Part shown: positions 49,540-63,575 of the stretch, piece by piece
Layout: every line of letters starts with the position of its first letter
Numbering within the stretch: position 1 is the stretch's first letter
NCBI GenBank assembly: GCA_009103225.1
Contig: RHPI01001715.1
Location: 958,011 to 1,022,010 of the forward strand
DNA length: 64,000 nucleotides
Direction: 5' to 3'
DNA from: Chlorokybus atmophyticus
Lineage: Eukaryota; Plantae; Mesostigma and Chlorokybus algae
Program-made: the position numbers and the translations under genes
Notes under the pieces: generated by a model
The model's database searches: none
What the model was told of the DNA's origin: nothing
The model's input: only the letters and a program-made list of their open reading frames with translations

Positions 49540-52171
49540 ATGCGGCGCTCCACCAGCAACCCTCCTGTGCTCCATGTCCCGGAAAGGTCGAGGAACGGCG
49601 GCGGCGAGGTGTATCAGGAGGATGGGATGCCTTTCAGTCCCAAGTACATGGAGCGGGAGGAGCGCGCCTCCCCGCTGTTGCGTGGCATGGTGTTGGGCCT
49701 CATCGTCATCATCATCATCCTGATTATGAGCGTATTTGTCACAACTCGATCTGTCGCTCGGGCTCAACGAGATCTTATTGAGTATCAACAGGTGCGCAGC
49801 ATTTCAGTGTTGATGTATTCGTTAGTCTACCATAGCACGCTGATGGATTCGCACAGTACAAGCTACAAGCTTCTTTGACAGGAAAGGATGCCCTTGCGAA
49901 CATGCATTTGACGCACATTGCGTTGTAGTCAAGTTGAGGTATCCCAGGCGGAACTTCTTGTGCACATGCAAGTGAGTCGCTTTGAGTTGTGATGACAGCA
50001 GTATCAGTTGAGGAGAAGAAGACTCGAGCTTCAAACTTTTGCTCCACATGGTGCCACGTAGACCATGGCAAACATTGTTCGTAGTAGGTATAGATCATTG
50101 CAAGCAGAATAAGCACTGCAATCATTGCAAGTACAGAATACCAGCAACAAAGCGTCTCCTGTTGTATTTGCCAAACTGGAGCGCTTTGCTTTCAATGCTG
50201 CAGATGGGCGGACTGTAAGCTGAAAGTCAGGAATGTGTTGCGCAAGGGGGGCTCGTATAGCATCAACTTGACAATGTTTTGTGTCTGTAAACTGCAGTAG
50301 CGTGTGGGCAATCCATGCATGATATTATAACGATCATAACGATCACATTGAGGGATGTCATGAGCCATGCATCTTTGGCTGCTAAGGTGTGTGTGTGTGG
50401 TGGTGGTGGNNNNNNNNNNNNNNNNNNNNNNNNNNNNNNNNNNNNNNNNNNNNNNNNNNNNNNNNNNNNNNNNNNNNNNNNNNNNNNNNNNNNNNNNNNN
50501 NNNNNNNNNNNNNNNNNNNNNNNNNNNNNNNNNNNNNNNNNNNNNNNNNNNNNGGGGACCAGCAGCTGCATGTGTGTAGCGCTTGTGTCTTACTCTCTGT
50601 CTGCAGTATGCAGGTCGGCAACTTGAAAGTGATGATCAGTTACTACAAGAAAAGGTACGCACATGCATACCAGTTGCCCCATCTGCATGGCATGCTCGTG
50701 CCCTTAGCAAGCTCACACACTTGTCATCTGCATGCCCCACCCAGTCATTATCAAACCGTTGCACTGCATTGGATTGATACTCGTTCAACATGCATGGTGC
50801 AAAGGTTTGATGGCGGCATCTAATACTTTTCTCATTCAGTGATAGTCATTTGAAAACTGCGTTGCCTGCCATATTTGTGCAGGTGCCGGAAGAAAGGACA
50901 CAGCAGGTGACGTTTTTCATCAAGGTGTTGGCGTGCAACAGGCCCGGGAGTTTGGAGAGGCTGCTGAAGTCTGTGTCTGAAGCTGACTACCTAGGGGACA
51001 CTGTGCATCTGGACATCTTTGTGGACAGGTGCGTAGCTGTCACCTCAGCAGGGTGGCAAGACCATTGGCTTCTTTTCTCAACACATTATCAATGTGCATA
51101 CTCATGTCGCTGTTCGCTCTAGTCCTTGGGCTGGCGTGTCGTCAGCTCCTGATTTGCGAGTCTGCCTGTGTGTTGCAGATGTGACCCACCTGAGATGCGA
51201 AAAGCATGCCGCAAGTTGGCCATGGAGTTTTTGTGGCCGCACGGCGTCAAGACGCTCCATTTCAGAGAGCATCGCGCAGGGCTTCGCACACAATGGTTCG
51301 AGCTGTGGTATCCCCATGATAACTCAAGCTATGCTGCCATCTTGGAAGACGACATGGAAGTGAGGTACGCTCGCTAGTACTTGTAGTCTCAGACGTGCTC
51401 TGTGCATGTGCGCACGTGCACGACTGCGTGTCCACGCGTACGCGCTTGCGGCATACCAAGTGATACATCGGCATGCTTGCAGCATTCACTTTGTACACTT
51501 GTATGTGTTCAAATGGGGGGTGGGCAGGGGAGTGTGCGGTTCTGCTCGTCTATCAGGTTGTGAAAATGGCAACCTCAACTAACCTTGTGGTTTGCATTGG
51601 CAGTCCTTACTTCTACAAGTTTGGCAAGCAAATTGTGCAGCGATACAGCATACAGGAGTCTGACCCGCACATGGCATCTTTTTGCTTGCACCCTGCGTAC
51701 GTGCCGCGCATGAACACGATGAACAGCATCTTTTACAAGGCCCGTGCAGTATGCAGCTGGGGTGCGCTGCTCCTCCCGCAGCAGTGGCGCAGGTTCATCG
51801 ACTGGGTTGACACCAGGCTTGACGAGAGGGACTCTGAAGGCAGGCCATTCCGGCCATTTTTGCCAGCCAACTTGAGTCTGACCTTTGCGACTACAAAAGA
51901 AATCAATACATGGGTGAAATGGAAGCGTGATGTCTGGTCTGCCTGGCAGTACAGGTGGATGTGGGAGGAAGATATGTACTCGTTGAACTACGCTTTTTGG
52001 CAGTCGAAACAGGAAGGGCTGGTTGTCAATCATCAAGAAAAGGGCACCAATGTTGCGAAAGAAGCCATGGGCGACACCATCAAGAAGCTGATGGGACCAT
52101 ATGATGAGTTTGTTCGTTTTGAGCTGGCGCCAAATCTGGCAAAGCTGGAGTTGCGAGATAGCATGAATTAA
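49540..52171 (+). CDS. Type II membrane GT-A/GT2-like glycosyltransferase (resembles the Arabidopsis AT5G12260 family); spans an N gap
   Basis: N-terminal TM segment GMVLGLIVIIIILIMSVFV; FIKVLACNRPGSLERLLKSVSEADYLGDTVHLDIFVD; GLRTQWFELWYP..AILEDDMEV|SPYFY; SWGALLLPQQWRRF. Confidence 0.8.
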
Positions 52172-52946
52172 CCTAGTGCAGCATGCACATGGCCTTTGGG
52201 CTCACTATGGACCTCCTGTCAATACGCCAGTGATGGTAGCAAAGTCTCTCTCCAAGTAGAAGGTGCCTGTTGCTACATTGCAGTTGTGTATCTGCGCATC
52301 CCGGTGCCAATGCTTGCATCATAGCTGGGTTCTGGTTGTACATAGTGACGTGTTGGGTTATTGCATGTGTGCTGTGCATGCAGCATGGATATGCTGCCTG
52401 CACTGGCTGCAATATGTCTTATGACCTCACGATTGACTGTGGTTCATACCGTTCACGCGGTGCTCTCAATGTGCAGGGTGAAGTTCTGGTAATACTGCTA
52501 TGCCATCAGTACTATCATCATCAGATGTTGTCATGTTGTCGTTTCAATTTTGGGACCAGTACAGAATGCTCAGTGACATTGTGTCAACAACACTGGGCAT
52601 TGTCATTGACAATGCCCAGTTATAATGACCACGTCTGTTCTGGACATGACAGACATTGCGTGGTGGCGGCGGGGTTTTGCGTGTGGCCACAACTGCGTGC
52701 TTGCTCGTCTTCAATCGCAGCCAGACAAGACTGCAGAAGGATATCAGTCACCTGCATACAAGCAGAACCGCTGCACAAGTAAAAAGCACCATACACAGGG
52801 TGCACACAGCGCGCACAGAAAGCAGTGCAACTGCCTGCAGCTGCTCAAGCTGCAGACCACCAATAGTGCACTAGACAAGCAGCAGCAGGAGTGGTGCTGG
52901 TAAGTGTTATATACAAACAGGTGGGAAGGGTGCTGTATACACCAAA

Positions 52947-55574
52947 TCAGATGGGATTGGTTGAGGCTATTCCATTTTCAACAACCTTTATTAACTCTCC
53001 CACAGACAAGTCCTTGCGCATAGCCTGCGCAAGGGCTTTGAGGGTCTTTGGGTGCCTTCGTAGGATAGACACTGTATTCAGGACTGCCCACCTCACCTGC
53101 GAGTGGGACAACAAATGACGTATGTACCGGTCACAGCCAAGCAGCAACGCACACAGATGTGAGTGGTCTCAGCGGGACTGATTGGATGCAAGATGCAATG
53201 TACACCATAGTACGATCACATGAAGTACCTGTGAATCTGCCTTCTTCTGGGAAAACTGCAGGGCCCGCATCAGCTGGTCCAACTGCAACAATACAAGCGG
53301 GTCAGCACCAGCAAACTGCTGATTGTGTCGCTGACAATGTAAGTATGCATGGTTGGTGCAAAGTTTGGCGACGCGACACGGCGCATGCAGGGGTGTTCCA
53401 CAATGGACAGTTGGTGTTCTTAGGCTCACAACCAAGCACATGGCACCCCATAAAAATGCAGCATTGTAAGGTACGGGATGTCTGACCTGCTGTATATCTC
53501 CCAGCCCGCCTTCAGATCTCTCAAAGTTTATGTACTCACTTGCAACACCCGCCAGCGCAACACAAGAGACTTGGTCCAGCGTCTGCTTGACACAAAACAT
53601 GATGCACAAAGCAGCGCTGCATATGAAAGCTCACACCTGCGTAACAATACTCACCCCTGCCGATAACTTTCCCAGAGCAACCTGTGCGAAGCAAACCGTG
53701 GAAGTCACAACCACAACACAGACGTTGATGCGCACTGAATAGGAGTCAAGCCACTGCACACCTCGCGTTGGTAGTCATTGTCAACAAAGCGCGTGCCCGC
53801 TTGCACATTCATGGCATTGTACTTTCTCAAAGCATCCCAGCTGCTCAACGTGTATGATTTGGGCAGCAGACCCATCAGATACGAAACCAAGAAGTGTCCT
53901 GCTTCATGCTGATGGTCACAGACATCAGTAAGCAGAAAGCCATGCAAAATCTTCTTCCATAAACCGCACATGACATGGTTGATAATTTGGACAGCACCGA
54001 AATTGCAACAACCTACCTCGGCGACCCTTTGAGAGTATGTGGAGCTAATCCATCTGCCTAGAGCGTCAAGGAGCAAGGCCTCCAACCCTCCGCCATTCAC
54101 TATCTGATCAGCAGTTGCAAACGCGAGCAAAGCCACAAGGACTGTGAGCACATTGCCTGCCGTCAAATCTAACGCATATGTTGCTGCCACGGAGCCAGCA
54201 GCCGCAAACCTGCGATTGCACAAACTTCAGTGCAAGGTGATGAACAACATCCAAAAGCAATCGCTTACTGCACTCCAGCGACAGCACACACAGAATGAGT
54301 CCGTGCTAACCATTGGACCATCTCAAACCGTGCAAGCTGTTTTGCTGTGAATCAATCTGAACAGGACTTTGTCCAAAGAATGGTTTGTGAACTCAACAGA
54401 TCAAGGCCAGTGACAGGCGGGCTGTGTGAGTGGACTCCAAACTGCACCAGATACCAATCAACCAAGTGCGAAGCATACCCAAGAAGCATACCCAAGAAGC
54501 AATGTGCGGACTTTTCCCAATGTCTCATCTTTTGGAGAAAGGAATGATGCTGGGTCGATTTTGTTGATCCTCAAGTCTTCGAGGCTGTAAAGGCGTTTGG
54601 GTACCTAGTACATGACGACCACGGTTGCACCATAACTTGATCCATCGTGCTGTTCAGTACCACACCGTTCCACAGCACAACACACCATACACTGCGCCGG
54701 AACGCTTGCAACATGTGGGCTGCATTCTGCATGCACTGCAGCAAACAACTGGCATCGCTAAAGCCATGGTGACATTGTTTCATGCTCATGCAGTAAGTAG
54801 ATTCAGCGAGTTGTTGTGTTGCTGTCTGCAAATGCTGCATGCATTGCAGACACACAATGCTGAGATGTAGATCAACGTCTTACTATGGCACCTGCATGGC
54901 TGCGCCGAAACCCTTAAGCAGGGACGTCTCCTGCAGCGCTTGCACAACCTGATACGTAAAGCAGCTACAGTGACATGCAGCGCAAGGTGGGTCATGTAGT
55001 GAACAGCCTCTGGAGATCTCTGCGAATGTATGCCTATCCTGAATTGTGAGAATGCCCATTGCACTGAACTCAACCGAGGATGCGTGTGCTGTACCTTCAC
55101 TGCCTGGTCGTCCTTATCTGCAGCCAGCAAGGCATCAACTTTCCTAAGCGCCTCTTCCAGAGAAACCTTGCAACCGGAGCTCGGCTTCAATACAAGACAA
55201 CCTTTCACAAGGACAGTGGTAAAAACTTGCAATGACGCTCGAAGCTTAAACAACATGAACGGGACAATGGTGAGGCACATTCGCCTGTGCACTTGCATGC
55301 AAACCTTGCCAGCGGCAATGTCCGAAAGCTCCGCATCTTCCGCAACAGCAGCGTCTGCAGACACCGCGTACACCCCCCATCCCGTCGACTGACCAGACCG
55401 CCGCCGCCGCTGCTGCCAGCGACAAGCGCGTGCACCTCTTCTGCTAGGCTGCTGGCCGGAGCTCAGCGCTGTGCCAGACGCTCGGCTGGGCCTGCTTGTC
55501 GCACGAAGGTGGCTGCTTGCAGACAACCCAGGAAGCAGGGAGACAGCAGGCACGCTCACTGACGTCAACGCCAT
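52947..55574 (-). CDS. Chloroplast FtsH/M41-like HEXXH protein (AT5G27290-like, VIR3 family), multi-exon
   Basis: Transit peptide MALTSVSVPAV..; QHEAGHFLVSYLMGLLPKSYTLSS..NVQAGTRFVD; CVALAGVASEY..EGGLGDI; FSQKKADSQ|VRWAVLNTVSILRRH. Confidence 0.88.
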
Positions 55575-56037
55575 CGATCCGGGCAACCACACCAACGCCA
55601 CTCTCGCCAATGCCCGCCCCACAAGATGACGTGGAAGCAGCACGCAGTCAGCGTCACGCGTGCATCACGCCATTGAGCACAGCGTGTTGGCCTGCGTAAC
55701 GCGTAGCCGGATTACATCCAAAGCCAAGTTACGCTGCTCCGCTCTGAGCGCGTTACACCACCTCCCCTTAAGCAAGATATCTCGCTGTCTTCGAGGCGCA
55801 AACGGCGCCACGTCTAAGCACCTCAGCATAGAGCGGCCACGCTGGCGGATGAATGCCACTGTTGCATGCCAACGTCGCTGGCGTCTAGGCACAGCACACT
55901 TCCATTGACAAACCCTAAGCGGCGGAGTGTGGTGGACCACAGCAGCACTGGTGGTGTAGTCGTCCTGGTCGTCGGCGGGGTGGTGTTGTGGGTTGGTAAT
56001 TGTGCTGGCGTTGTTGTCGTCTGGCCGGACGGGGGTC

Positions 56038-59000
56038 ATGGCGACGGCGTCGGTGATGGTGGCTTCGTGCGGGTTGTGCGGGTCGCCCGTGCTGGCTGGA
56101 CGGCACAGGCAAGTAGCAGAGCTGGGCCGGCGCTCCCGTCGACTCTTGAGTAGTAGCAGCAACAGCAGTAGCAGCAGTGGGCACATGCACCGCCGCCGAT
56201 TGCACACATCCGCTGCTATGACCACTTCGTCTACACCGGTAAGTCTGTTTGCCAGACTCAAGGATGGCACAGCCACGCTACTTTAACTTGATGTGTAGTT
56301 TACGAATGTTCTGTGAAAGGTGCTGTTTACTTATTCATCATTCACACAAGCTTGTTGATTGCACAGGTTTATTGACATGTTATACTGATACGATGTGTCT
56401 TGCTGCATGCTTTTGCTGAAAGCGTGCATGCTTGTTGATTGCTAGTTGAGTGTTCACAGCTTTCACTTGCAGCCATAGTGGTGTTTGGTGGCCGTCAGCT
56501 CAGTACATCGGTTCGGTTTGACATGTGCTACATTGTTGCCGGCAATTTAACTTGACAGAGCGCTGGTCTGTTCTGGTACGCAGCGAGTATCAGATATGAC
56601 GAGACAGTTCAAGGACATGCGAAAGCAGATGGAAGAGAACGAGGACGTGGCCACGCTCATGCGTGGCCTACGCGGTCAAGGGCTTTCAGACTCAGAATTT
56701 GCGGATGCCAATGTGCAGATGCGCCTTGTTGAAGTCGCCAGGGAGGTATGTGGCGTATGGCACCATGTTTTGGTCTGGAACACTTGCGAGTACTGAGTCC
56801 CGTAGTAGACCTGCAGTGGTGTTGTCATGCAATCCAGTTAGCTGCAGGCATGCACATGTGCATGCCTGCAATCGCATCCTGTTTTGTGGTGTAGTGTTTG
56901 AAAGCTTGCGCTCATTGTGCGCGCAGGGTACGGACATGCTACCACTAGATTATGACCCGGATGTGATAGCAGCGTTTTGGGGCAAGCGGCCAGGTGCTGT
57001 TACAACGCGCATTTTCCAGCTGTTGTCGATAGCTGGAGGGTTCCTGTCTGGGATTGCGTGGGATATAGTTCGCGGAAAAGTGCAAGAGGTAAGTACTTCA
57101 CCGCCATCTACACCATTATAATTGTTTTGGTATGTGCCAATTCTTATGGTTGCATTTGACAGAATGAGGTGAAGAGGGCTGTGCAACTACGCGAGATTGT
57201 GACAAGCCTCGGTCCAGCTTATATCAAGCTGGGGCAGGCTTTGTCGATTAGGCCAGATTTGCTCTCACCGAAAGCTATGAACGAGCTGCAGAAGTTGTGC
57301 GACAAGGTACAGTGGAGTTGTGGCTGCGTTCAGTAAATGTGTACGGCAAGCAGAAGGCCTGCACACAACAGCAGCAGCATATTCATTGAATTTGCAAATT
57401 AGGTGCCTTCGTATCCAAATGAGATAGCCATGAAGCTCATTGAGGATGAGTTGGGGGCGCCTTGGTATGAGGTATACTCCGAACTCAGTCCCAACCCCAT
57501 TGCCGCAGGTACTACTGACGCAACATGCAGTGTTGCCTTTGCCCTACGTGTAGTGCCTAATGTCACTATTGTGTAGCATCTTTGGGTCAGGTTTATAAGG
57601 GAAGGCTGAAAGCGACTGGTGATAATGTGGCCGTAAAAGTCCAGCGGCCCTTTGTTCTGGAGACTGTCACCGTTGACCTCTTCATCATCCGCAAGCTGGG
57701 TGTTGCTCTTCGGAAGGTAAGCGATCAGGAATCCGTATGCCACCCCGCATGCAGTTGTTGTTTCAGTTTTGGTGCATTGATTGGATGCGCGCGCAAGTGT
57801 GCATGGGAGGGGTCTGATGATCATTCACAGGTACCGCAAATTGCAACAGATGTCGTTGGGTTGGTTGATGAGTGGGCTGCGCGCTTTTTTGAGGAGTTGG
57901 ACTATGTGCGAGAGGGGAGGAATGCAACCGAGTTTGCTGCCATGATAAAAGATGATTTGCCTCAGGTACATGTGTTTTCTTTGTGCTGCATGGCAGTCAG
58001 ACCACCATGATTCTAGCCAATGCCTTGCACGTGGGTTTCAGCTGTACATGGCTGAGTTCCGACTCAATGGCATGTGTATCAACGCCCAAAATGTGTGCAG
58101 ATTGTGGTTCCCAAGACATATGCTGAGTACACATCAAGACGTGTGCTGACATCAGAGTGGCTAGAGGGGGAGAAGCTTGCACAGTCTAAGGCTGATGACG
58201 TGGCAGACCTGGTCAACATTGGTGTAATTGCTTACCTGAAGCAGCTCTTGGACACAGGCTTTTTTCACGCTGGTGGGTGGAGAGACTGCCTTGCTCTGCT
58301 GACAGCATTGCATGGTGTCAGTGGTGCTACGTATTCACACTCTCTGCATTGCAGACCCGCATCCCGGTAACCTGATCCGCACACCTGATGGACGCCTGGC
58401 CATTCTGGACTTTGGACTGATGACACGCATCACTGATGATCAAAAGTAAGCAGTAGGAGAACTCACATGTTACAAATGTCCTGTCTTTTCTGTGGTAAGG
58501 TAGCCCACACGCTTCTCTCAGGTATGGAATGATCGAGGCCATATCACATCTAATGCATCGCGACTACGAGGCAATTGTTGAGGACTTCGTTCTTCTTGAC
58601 TTCATTCCTCCTGGTGTTAACCTGCAGCCCATTATGCCTGTGCTAGCAAAGGTGTGCAGTTGCATTCTGCATGATGCCAGGCAACGCAGCGGTTCTTATG
58701 CAACATGCACTCAGATAGGTAAATTTGGCTTGTCTCAAATTGTGTTCTGCAGGTGTTTGATCAAGCTCTGGCGGGTGGTGGTGCAAAGAGCATTAACTTC
58801 CAGGAGCTTGCGGCGGACTTGGCACAGATTACATTCGACTACCCATTCAGAATTCCTCCTTACTTTGCTTTGATTATCAGAGCCATTGGCGTGCTGGAGG
58901 GCATTGCGCTGGTGGGCAACCCCGATTTTGCTATAGTTGATGAAGCCTACCCTTACATCTCGAAAAGGCTGCTAACAGACCAGTCTCCACGCCTCCGCGC

Positions 59001-59712
59001 TGCGCTGCGCTACACCATCTATGGCAAATCCAACGTGCTCAACGTGGACAGATTGATAGATGTGCTGCAGGCATTTGAAACCTTCACAGTGGCTTCACAG
59101 AGTGCACAAGGCAACAGCACCTACGGCAATGACGAGTTCAATCGTGGCCAGCTGGTGTCCACACCAGCTTCTACTTCCGCCACATACACGAGTGAAAGCT
59201 TTGCAACCCGGTTCTTTGCACCGGGCGATGACATGAATCGCAATAGAGAGGCGCTGAACTTCTTGCTTTCACCAGAGGGATCTTTTTTCAGGGAGTTTCT
59301 GTTGGATGAGATTGTCAAGGGCATTGATGCCATGAGCAGACAGCAGCTGTTAGAGCTGGTCTCGACGCTGGGCTTGCAGAACACCTATGTGCCTGTCTTG
59401 GTCCCGGGAGCTGTGCGCGGGTTCAAGCTGGCACCTGACCTGAGCGTTGATGACCGGCAAGTTGTTGACAATGTTGTGAAGATGTTTACCTTCCTGGCGG
59501 GGGGGTCCTCCTCAGCAGGTGCCGTTGGTAGTGGACCTTTGGGCGCATTTCCTAGCCCAGTGTCGCTGTTTCTTCCTGGCGAGCAAAGTGCAGCTTTTAG
59601 GCAACTAGCGCCACTGTTGCCTGCTGTCGCAATGGAAATCTTGCCGGAGGTCATCAATAGGCTGACGGGTCGCATTGTTGCTCGGTTCATCAGGGAGGTG
59701 TTTGTTAGGTAG
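56038..59712 (+). CDS. ABC1K6: ABC1/UbiB atypical kinase, chloroplast (ABC1K6-like)
   Basis: [69 protein letters not shown]|[36 protein letters not shown]. Confidence 0.92.
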
Positions 59713-59883
59713 CAGTGTTGCTAATTAAGTACGCAAACTGTGCCATGCAGCATAGATTAGACTAACGCTGATATGTATTGTACAGTATTGTATGTATGTG
59801 ACTGAGGCGTCATCAAGTCAAACCATGTCATGTGAGATATTATGCTGGCGTAGTTACCTGTATGTATACTCGTAGCTACAGAG

Positions 59884-60788
59884 GGCCGCTGACCAAGGCG
59901 CATGTGCAGGTGATGACGCACGCATGCATGCATGCATGCATGTCTAATGGGTATGGGCAGAAGAGAAGGTAGGTAGCAGCTAGGTTGGCAGCCCGGTGGT
60001 TAATAAGAGTGGTTCATGGTGTGGTGAGTTGACTGCTCATGCATGTTCCACACTATCATGCATGCCACAATCCTGGTACTTTATTTATTATACACTCCAT
60101 GCCCAAGTTGGTGCGACCATCCCATGTCAAAGGCTAGACCAGTCGCTCATGCAGTTGAGGTGAGTGGCTGGCTACCCTATGTTACGGCATAGGGCATGCA
60201 TGTCACCGTGCTGGTGTAGTGTAGTGTGGAGTGGATAGGTGGGTGCTTGACCTGGAGTACCCTGCATGTGTAGTTGCCTAGTTGATAGCGAGAGTTGGGG
60301 CCTACCCCACTAGCCATGCATAGCAATGCACTGGACGAAGTTACAAGTGAAAGTACATGGGGAGCAGCGCAAGTCTGCCCGTGTCATCAAAGTAGACGCA
60401 CACAACCATGACATGCACCGCCGCAGAGGGAGTTTCTGTGCGTGCCGTACATACATGCGTGTGTGTACTAACAAAACCCTAAGCCGGCAGTAGAAGGTTG
60501 ACGGCGATGGTGGCGGGGGTGTGGGTGAAGCGGGAGGGGGAGTCCGTTGAGTCCTGCTGCTAGTGTGACCGCTGCTGCTGCAAAAAGGCCGCTGATCAAG
60601 GCGCATGTGCAGGTGATGACGCACGCATGCATGCATGCATGTCTAATGGGTATGGGCAGTAGAGAAGGTAGCAGCTAGGTTGGCAGCCCGATGGTTAATA
60701 AGAGTGCTTCAAGTTGTGGTGAGTCGATTGTTCATGCATGTGTGTGTCACACTCTCATGCATGCCACAATCCTTGCACTCTATTCATT
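59884..60788. repeat. Pair of ~200-bp direct repeats (59884-60089 and 60587-60788)
   Basis: Both begin GGCCGCTGA(C/T)CAAGGCGCATGTGCAGGTGATGACGCACGCATGC and end ATGCCACAATCCT..TATT. Confidence 0.88.
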
Positions 60789-62372
60789 GTACCTGACACG
60801 GTGGTTGGATGTGTGAAACAGGGGGGGGGGGGGGGGGGNAGTGGTTGCATGAGCACAACTACTATGATTGCTGCATGAGCATGGCTAACATGTGTTAATG
60901 ATTGCTAACTGCAAGCTGCATGAATGCAATAGCACCTTCGGTTTTGTATCTACGTACATCTATCGTTCATGAACATTCACATCGTGTAAAATTAAATACT
61001 CATGTGCATGACTATTGGTTGTAATAAGCCTACCGTATGTCACTCGCTGCTTGTGGCTGCGTGCTCTTGCTGTTCCTTTTGTAGGCCTGCATGCAGCCGT
61101 GTGATTGTGCTGTGCACAAATTATTGTTACCTCAAAGACGATAAGATTATTAGTGATTGCAATGGACGCTATCCCCCACAGCAATTATCTCATTGCGGCT
61201 TTGCATTCTTAGGGGACCCAGCTGAATGTTGCTGCAAGTTTGCCTAGGTATAGGTATGCTAATGTGGGTAACATACTTTCTTTGCTATGGGCTTGGGCCA
61301 GCCCATTTGCTTGCGACGATTCTCAGTGCATAAATTTCATTTCTTGTTGCTTTCGTACTGCGATGAAACATATGTACATGAATATGGGTAGCGCTCATAA
61401 GCCTGCGAGCATTGCCACTCCACATGTCACACTTGTATACATGTGATTGTGTTCATTTATAGGTGTTATAACAATAATCTTCATTTACAAGTTGATATAT
61501 AAGACACACTATCATGCGATAATTATGTCAGTTACGGTTTGCTACTGTACTAACTGAACATGCTTATAGCCTATGCTTACGTCGCAGCATGTATGCATGA
61601 GTATTGCATGTGGTAATAAACACAATAACATACGTAAACATTCGGCAATAATTTGCACATTGCGAGTAAAGCATTTGCAAAAAGTCCCACCTTAAACCGG
61701 AGTCCCCTTGGGAGGGAGGGTTGTTGCACTGCAAACCAAGGGGATTGTATACCATACATGGAATCAAATAGCAATGTCACTTTGCACAGCACCTTTACCA
61801 AGCAAAATGAATGCATCTTATAACGATGCAAATCGGCGTCAAGTTCTTTATTTATGACAGTCTTCAACTCGCGTGTACAATAGTGGCAAGTACTCCATTG
61901 CATCAACCAACAGTAGCCTTAACAGAACTCATCCTTACAAGAGCAACATGCTGCCTACTGGCGTAAGGGTAGCCCTATGGCACAGCATTTCCTTACATCT
62001 GATGATAGGTTGCTGGGAAATCTTAATCTCTGTCCATGTCCTGCAATTGCAGCAACATTGCAGACTGCTGCTGCAAGTGCAGGTCGGTCACACACAGATC
62101 ATCTCAACAATCGACGCTGTGCAGGTCGCCACTTTATATCATACGCTCTAGCGCCCTCCCAGCCGTCGATCCTGCGAGCTGCGAGGAAATATCAGCGCGC
62201 TGACGAGTGACCACGTTACGCGCGTAACGCTGATGTGTGACACCTCACAGCGGTCTGTGGCACTACTGCCAGCTGGCGTGCCTTGTCGGGTGACTGAGCA
62301 GGCGGCGCCTGTGACGGCGACGGTAGTGGCGGTGTCTTCACAACCTTTGTGGTAACATTGGTAGAGGGCGAT

Positions 62373-63575
62373 ATGGCTGCGGTGGTGTGCTCATCTGCGT
62401 CTGCGGTGGTCGCTTCCCAGCAGCGCTGCTCCGCAAGCCCTGTGCTGTCGACGCGCCGGAGCGTTGCGGCTAAGGTCGCTGGTGCCAAGGCTTTCATGCG
62501 TGGCTCGCCTGTTGCTATTCGCCGCCAGGGTGAGTGAAAGGTTTAGCTAGCTTGGGGTCGGAGCGCATGCTGGCTGCGCCACCTTGGCAATTCTTCGTTG
62601 CAACTCAACGCCCGCACACCCCTTAAGCCGCAGACGTCTCCCAACTGCTTTGTTCGTAACATAGGTTTATGATCCAGTCTGCGTGTAGACAAGGCAGCTT
62701 TCTCCATCCTGTCGCGATTGTCTCTCAGTGTGCGTACAGCTGCGTCCTCCATGCATTGTGCTGCTTACAATCACTTTTGTCATTCGCAGGTTGTTAGTCG
62801 TGCACGCGTCGCAATAGTCTCACACAGAATGGTCGACTTGCTGTGGAGCGCAGTGCATGCTAAGAAAAGCGCATGACAGGTTCTGTGCGCTCAGCTCCGG
62901 CATTCGTCGTGCGCGCTGCCGCTGAGGATGACGCCTCAGCAAATGCTCAGGCCCTGGTTGAAGATTTGAAGTCCAAGGTACGTGCAACTAGTTCTCATGC
63001 ATATATCGCAAGTTGCTGTCAACCGCAACAATGTTCAATACAAATACAGACAGATCCCACGATTGGTGTGTTGAAATCGTGAAGTGGCATGCTGTGTCTT
63101 GCATGTGGCTACAACTTAGTATCTCTGTGCAGTGGGACGCTGCTGAGAACAAGTCCACCATCGTTCTTTATGCTGGTTTCTCCATCTTTGCTCTGTGGCT
63201 AGCTTCTGCTGTCGTTGGCGCAATCAACTCTGTACCTTTGGTGAGTCTATGCAAGAGTTTCGTGTGCCAGTCTTTACCTTCCCTTGCAATGGACGGGTAA
63301 GGCTGTGGGTGGATGGCATTAAACAGTAAGGCCTGATTGGCTTTCCTTTCTCAACAGCTGCCCAAGGTGATGGAGTTGATTGGCCTTGGTTACAGTGGCT
63401 GGTTCGTATACCGCTACCTGCTCTTCAAGGTGACTGCATCGTTTGTGTTGGCCAATATGTAGCGCAGTGTGATGCTTCAGTTATAACTCTATTGTGTGTT
63501 CAGTCTTCAAGAAAAGAGCTGCTCCAAGACCTTGACGACCTGAAGAGCAAGATTGCCGGCACACCCAAGAACTAA
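62373..63575 (+). CDS. CURT1A: CURVATURE THYLAKOID 1 protein (CAAD domain), CURT1A-like
   Basis: Transit peptide; LVEDLKSK|WDAAENKSTIVLYAG..ALWLASAVVGAINSVPL|LPKVMELIGLGYSGWFVYRYLLFK|SSRKELLQDLDDLKSKIAG. Confidence 0.92.
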
